Part shown: one piece after another, positions 26,334 to 27,453 of the stretch | Layout of the letters: each line of letters starts with the position of its first letter | Position numbering within the stretch: the first letter of the stretch is position 1 | Source of the DNA: an uncultured virus (IMG/VR IMGVR_UViG_3300021387_003647) | Taxonomy: Duplodnaviria; Heunggongvirae; Uroviricota; Caudoviricetes | DNA: 27,453 nt | IMG/VR virus record: IMGVR_UViG_3300021387_003647 | Direction: 5' to 3' (one strand) | Program-made: the position numbers and the translations under genes | Notes under the pieces: model-generated | What the model was told of the DNA's origin: nothing | The model's database searches: none | Seen by the model: the letters and a program-made list of their open reading frames with translations, nothing else

Positions 26334-27453
26334 TCAACTCTCCTGGATGGTGTTTCGCTGTGTCTCTATGCTACGAGCCTGTTCGTTATACTGGTTGTAG
26401 TTCTTGATGGCTTGTTCCAGTCCGGTGGGAAGATTTCCCTGATTGGCCAGTGACACACTGGTCCAGAACTTCTTCTGGATTTCTTTCTCGGTGCCGAAGT
26501 GATAGTGCTTCGTAGATACTCCGCTGTCGTCCTTGGTCTGTTCGATACAGCAGGCCACACCGTTGCTAATCATTGCCTGGAGCACATTGCTGTTCGATAA
26601 CACATAATCGGTCATAATCGACTTGAAGTCCTGACCGTCGCCGTTGATGATGTCGAAAGCTTCACCGTACAGATGCCGGGAATTATTCGTAGCGAAATAC
26701 ATAATCTCACCCTTAGCATTCGAGCATTTGTAAAGACCGCCTTTCTGTACGAAAGCGTTTCCATCTACACGGTTACCTTTCTCATCAACAGCCCACCGAC
26801 GTGCTGACACAAGTTTAATGCCCGGACATTCCTGCTTCAACACACGGTAAATTTGTTTCAGTCCGTCTTTCAGTCCAGTCAACGGCACTTCATCCTGTGT
26901 AGCATCATCCGGTGCTACATTGACTGGTGTTGATGCACTCTCGTTCGCTCCCTACTCTTCGGGATTCTCTGTATCTGCTGTGGGTGTGTTGCCTTCTCCG
27001 CCAGTAGTATTCTCAGGATTCTGTCCGGCTGTATCAACAGTTGTCTCGTTCAGTATCTCTTCATCTTCTTTCAGCACCACCCCATTGCGTCCGGGAATAG
27101 GCCACTCACGGCGCACTAGTTTGCAACAGGTTGTCCAACGGGTGTTGCCGTGCTCTGCTTCGTTGCGGTCCCACTTCCACATAATACTGTCGATGACGAA
27201 CCATCCGCTACCGCTCTCGTAGAGCATTCGTTGTGCACGGGTGCCGGGGAACGACTGTGTGGGCGCGATAGAGTTCAGTTTATCGTGATCCATTATCATC
27301 ATCGGAATCTTCTCACCACGCATAATCGCCAGGTTCAGTCCCATCAGGTCCACTTCTATATATTGCTTCTGCAACTGCAGGTTGTTGCGCATGTTATGTT
27401 CCCAACCGGCTTCATAGAAACGGTTTACGTTACCGTTGGCCTGACTGTTGCCG
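26334..27453 (-). CDS. 5'-truncated virion (baseplate hub/tail-like) protein with C-terminal M15-type peptidase; in-frame TAG at 26952-26954
   Basis: ORFs 26952..27392 and 26334..26888 are in one frame, joined by a TAG inside a T/P/E/N-rich linker. SRHLYGEAFDI and HYHF match the M15 SxHxxGxAxD/HxH Zn ligands. The frame is open to the window edge. Confidence 0.7.

Overview
This window looks like a segment of a large (jumbo/Lak-like) phage genome infecting Bacteroidota, probably Prevotella. It uses a reassigned genetic code in which TAG is read as sense, most likely Gln (code 15). None of the ~40 credible genes ends in TAG. Nine in-frame TAGs, read through, join broken ORFs into complete proteins: a Vsr/DUF559-like endonuclease, a 155-aa protein, a 430-aa protein, a 463-aa TnpB, and a virion-type protein fused to an M15 peptidase. 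The window encodes its own RF2 (SPF and GGQ motifs, no autoregulatory frameshift). It also encodes DUF1599, an AAA+ ATPase, a GT25 glycosyltransferase, an HU-related protein, a fimbrial-type lipoprotein, an ART/KptA-like protein and many hypotheticals. Structure the gene calls do not explain: (1) four coupled short ORFs behind the AAA+ ATPase that all end in (E/Q)TRN(M/I/L)R-stop; (2) three 22-23-bp phased arrays, two with an invertible core, each next to a host-like gene; (3) three promoter-like motif classes: host TAnnTTTG with an upstream TTAA-N6-TTAA box, ACTT-N16-TATAAT, and ATAAATA. Two apparent single-base frameshifts may be sequencing errors. All family assignments come from motif recognition; no database searches were run.
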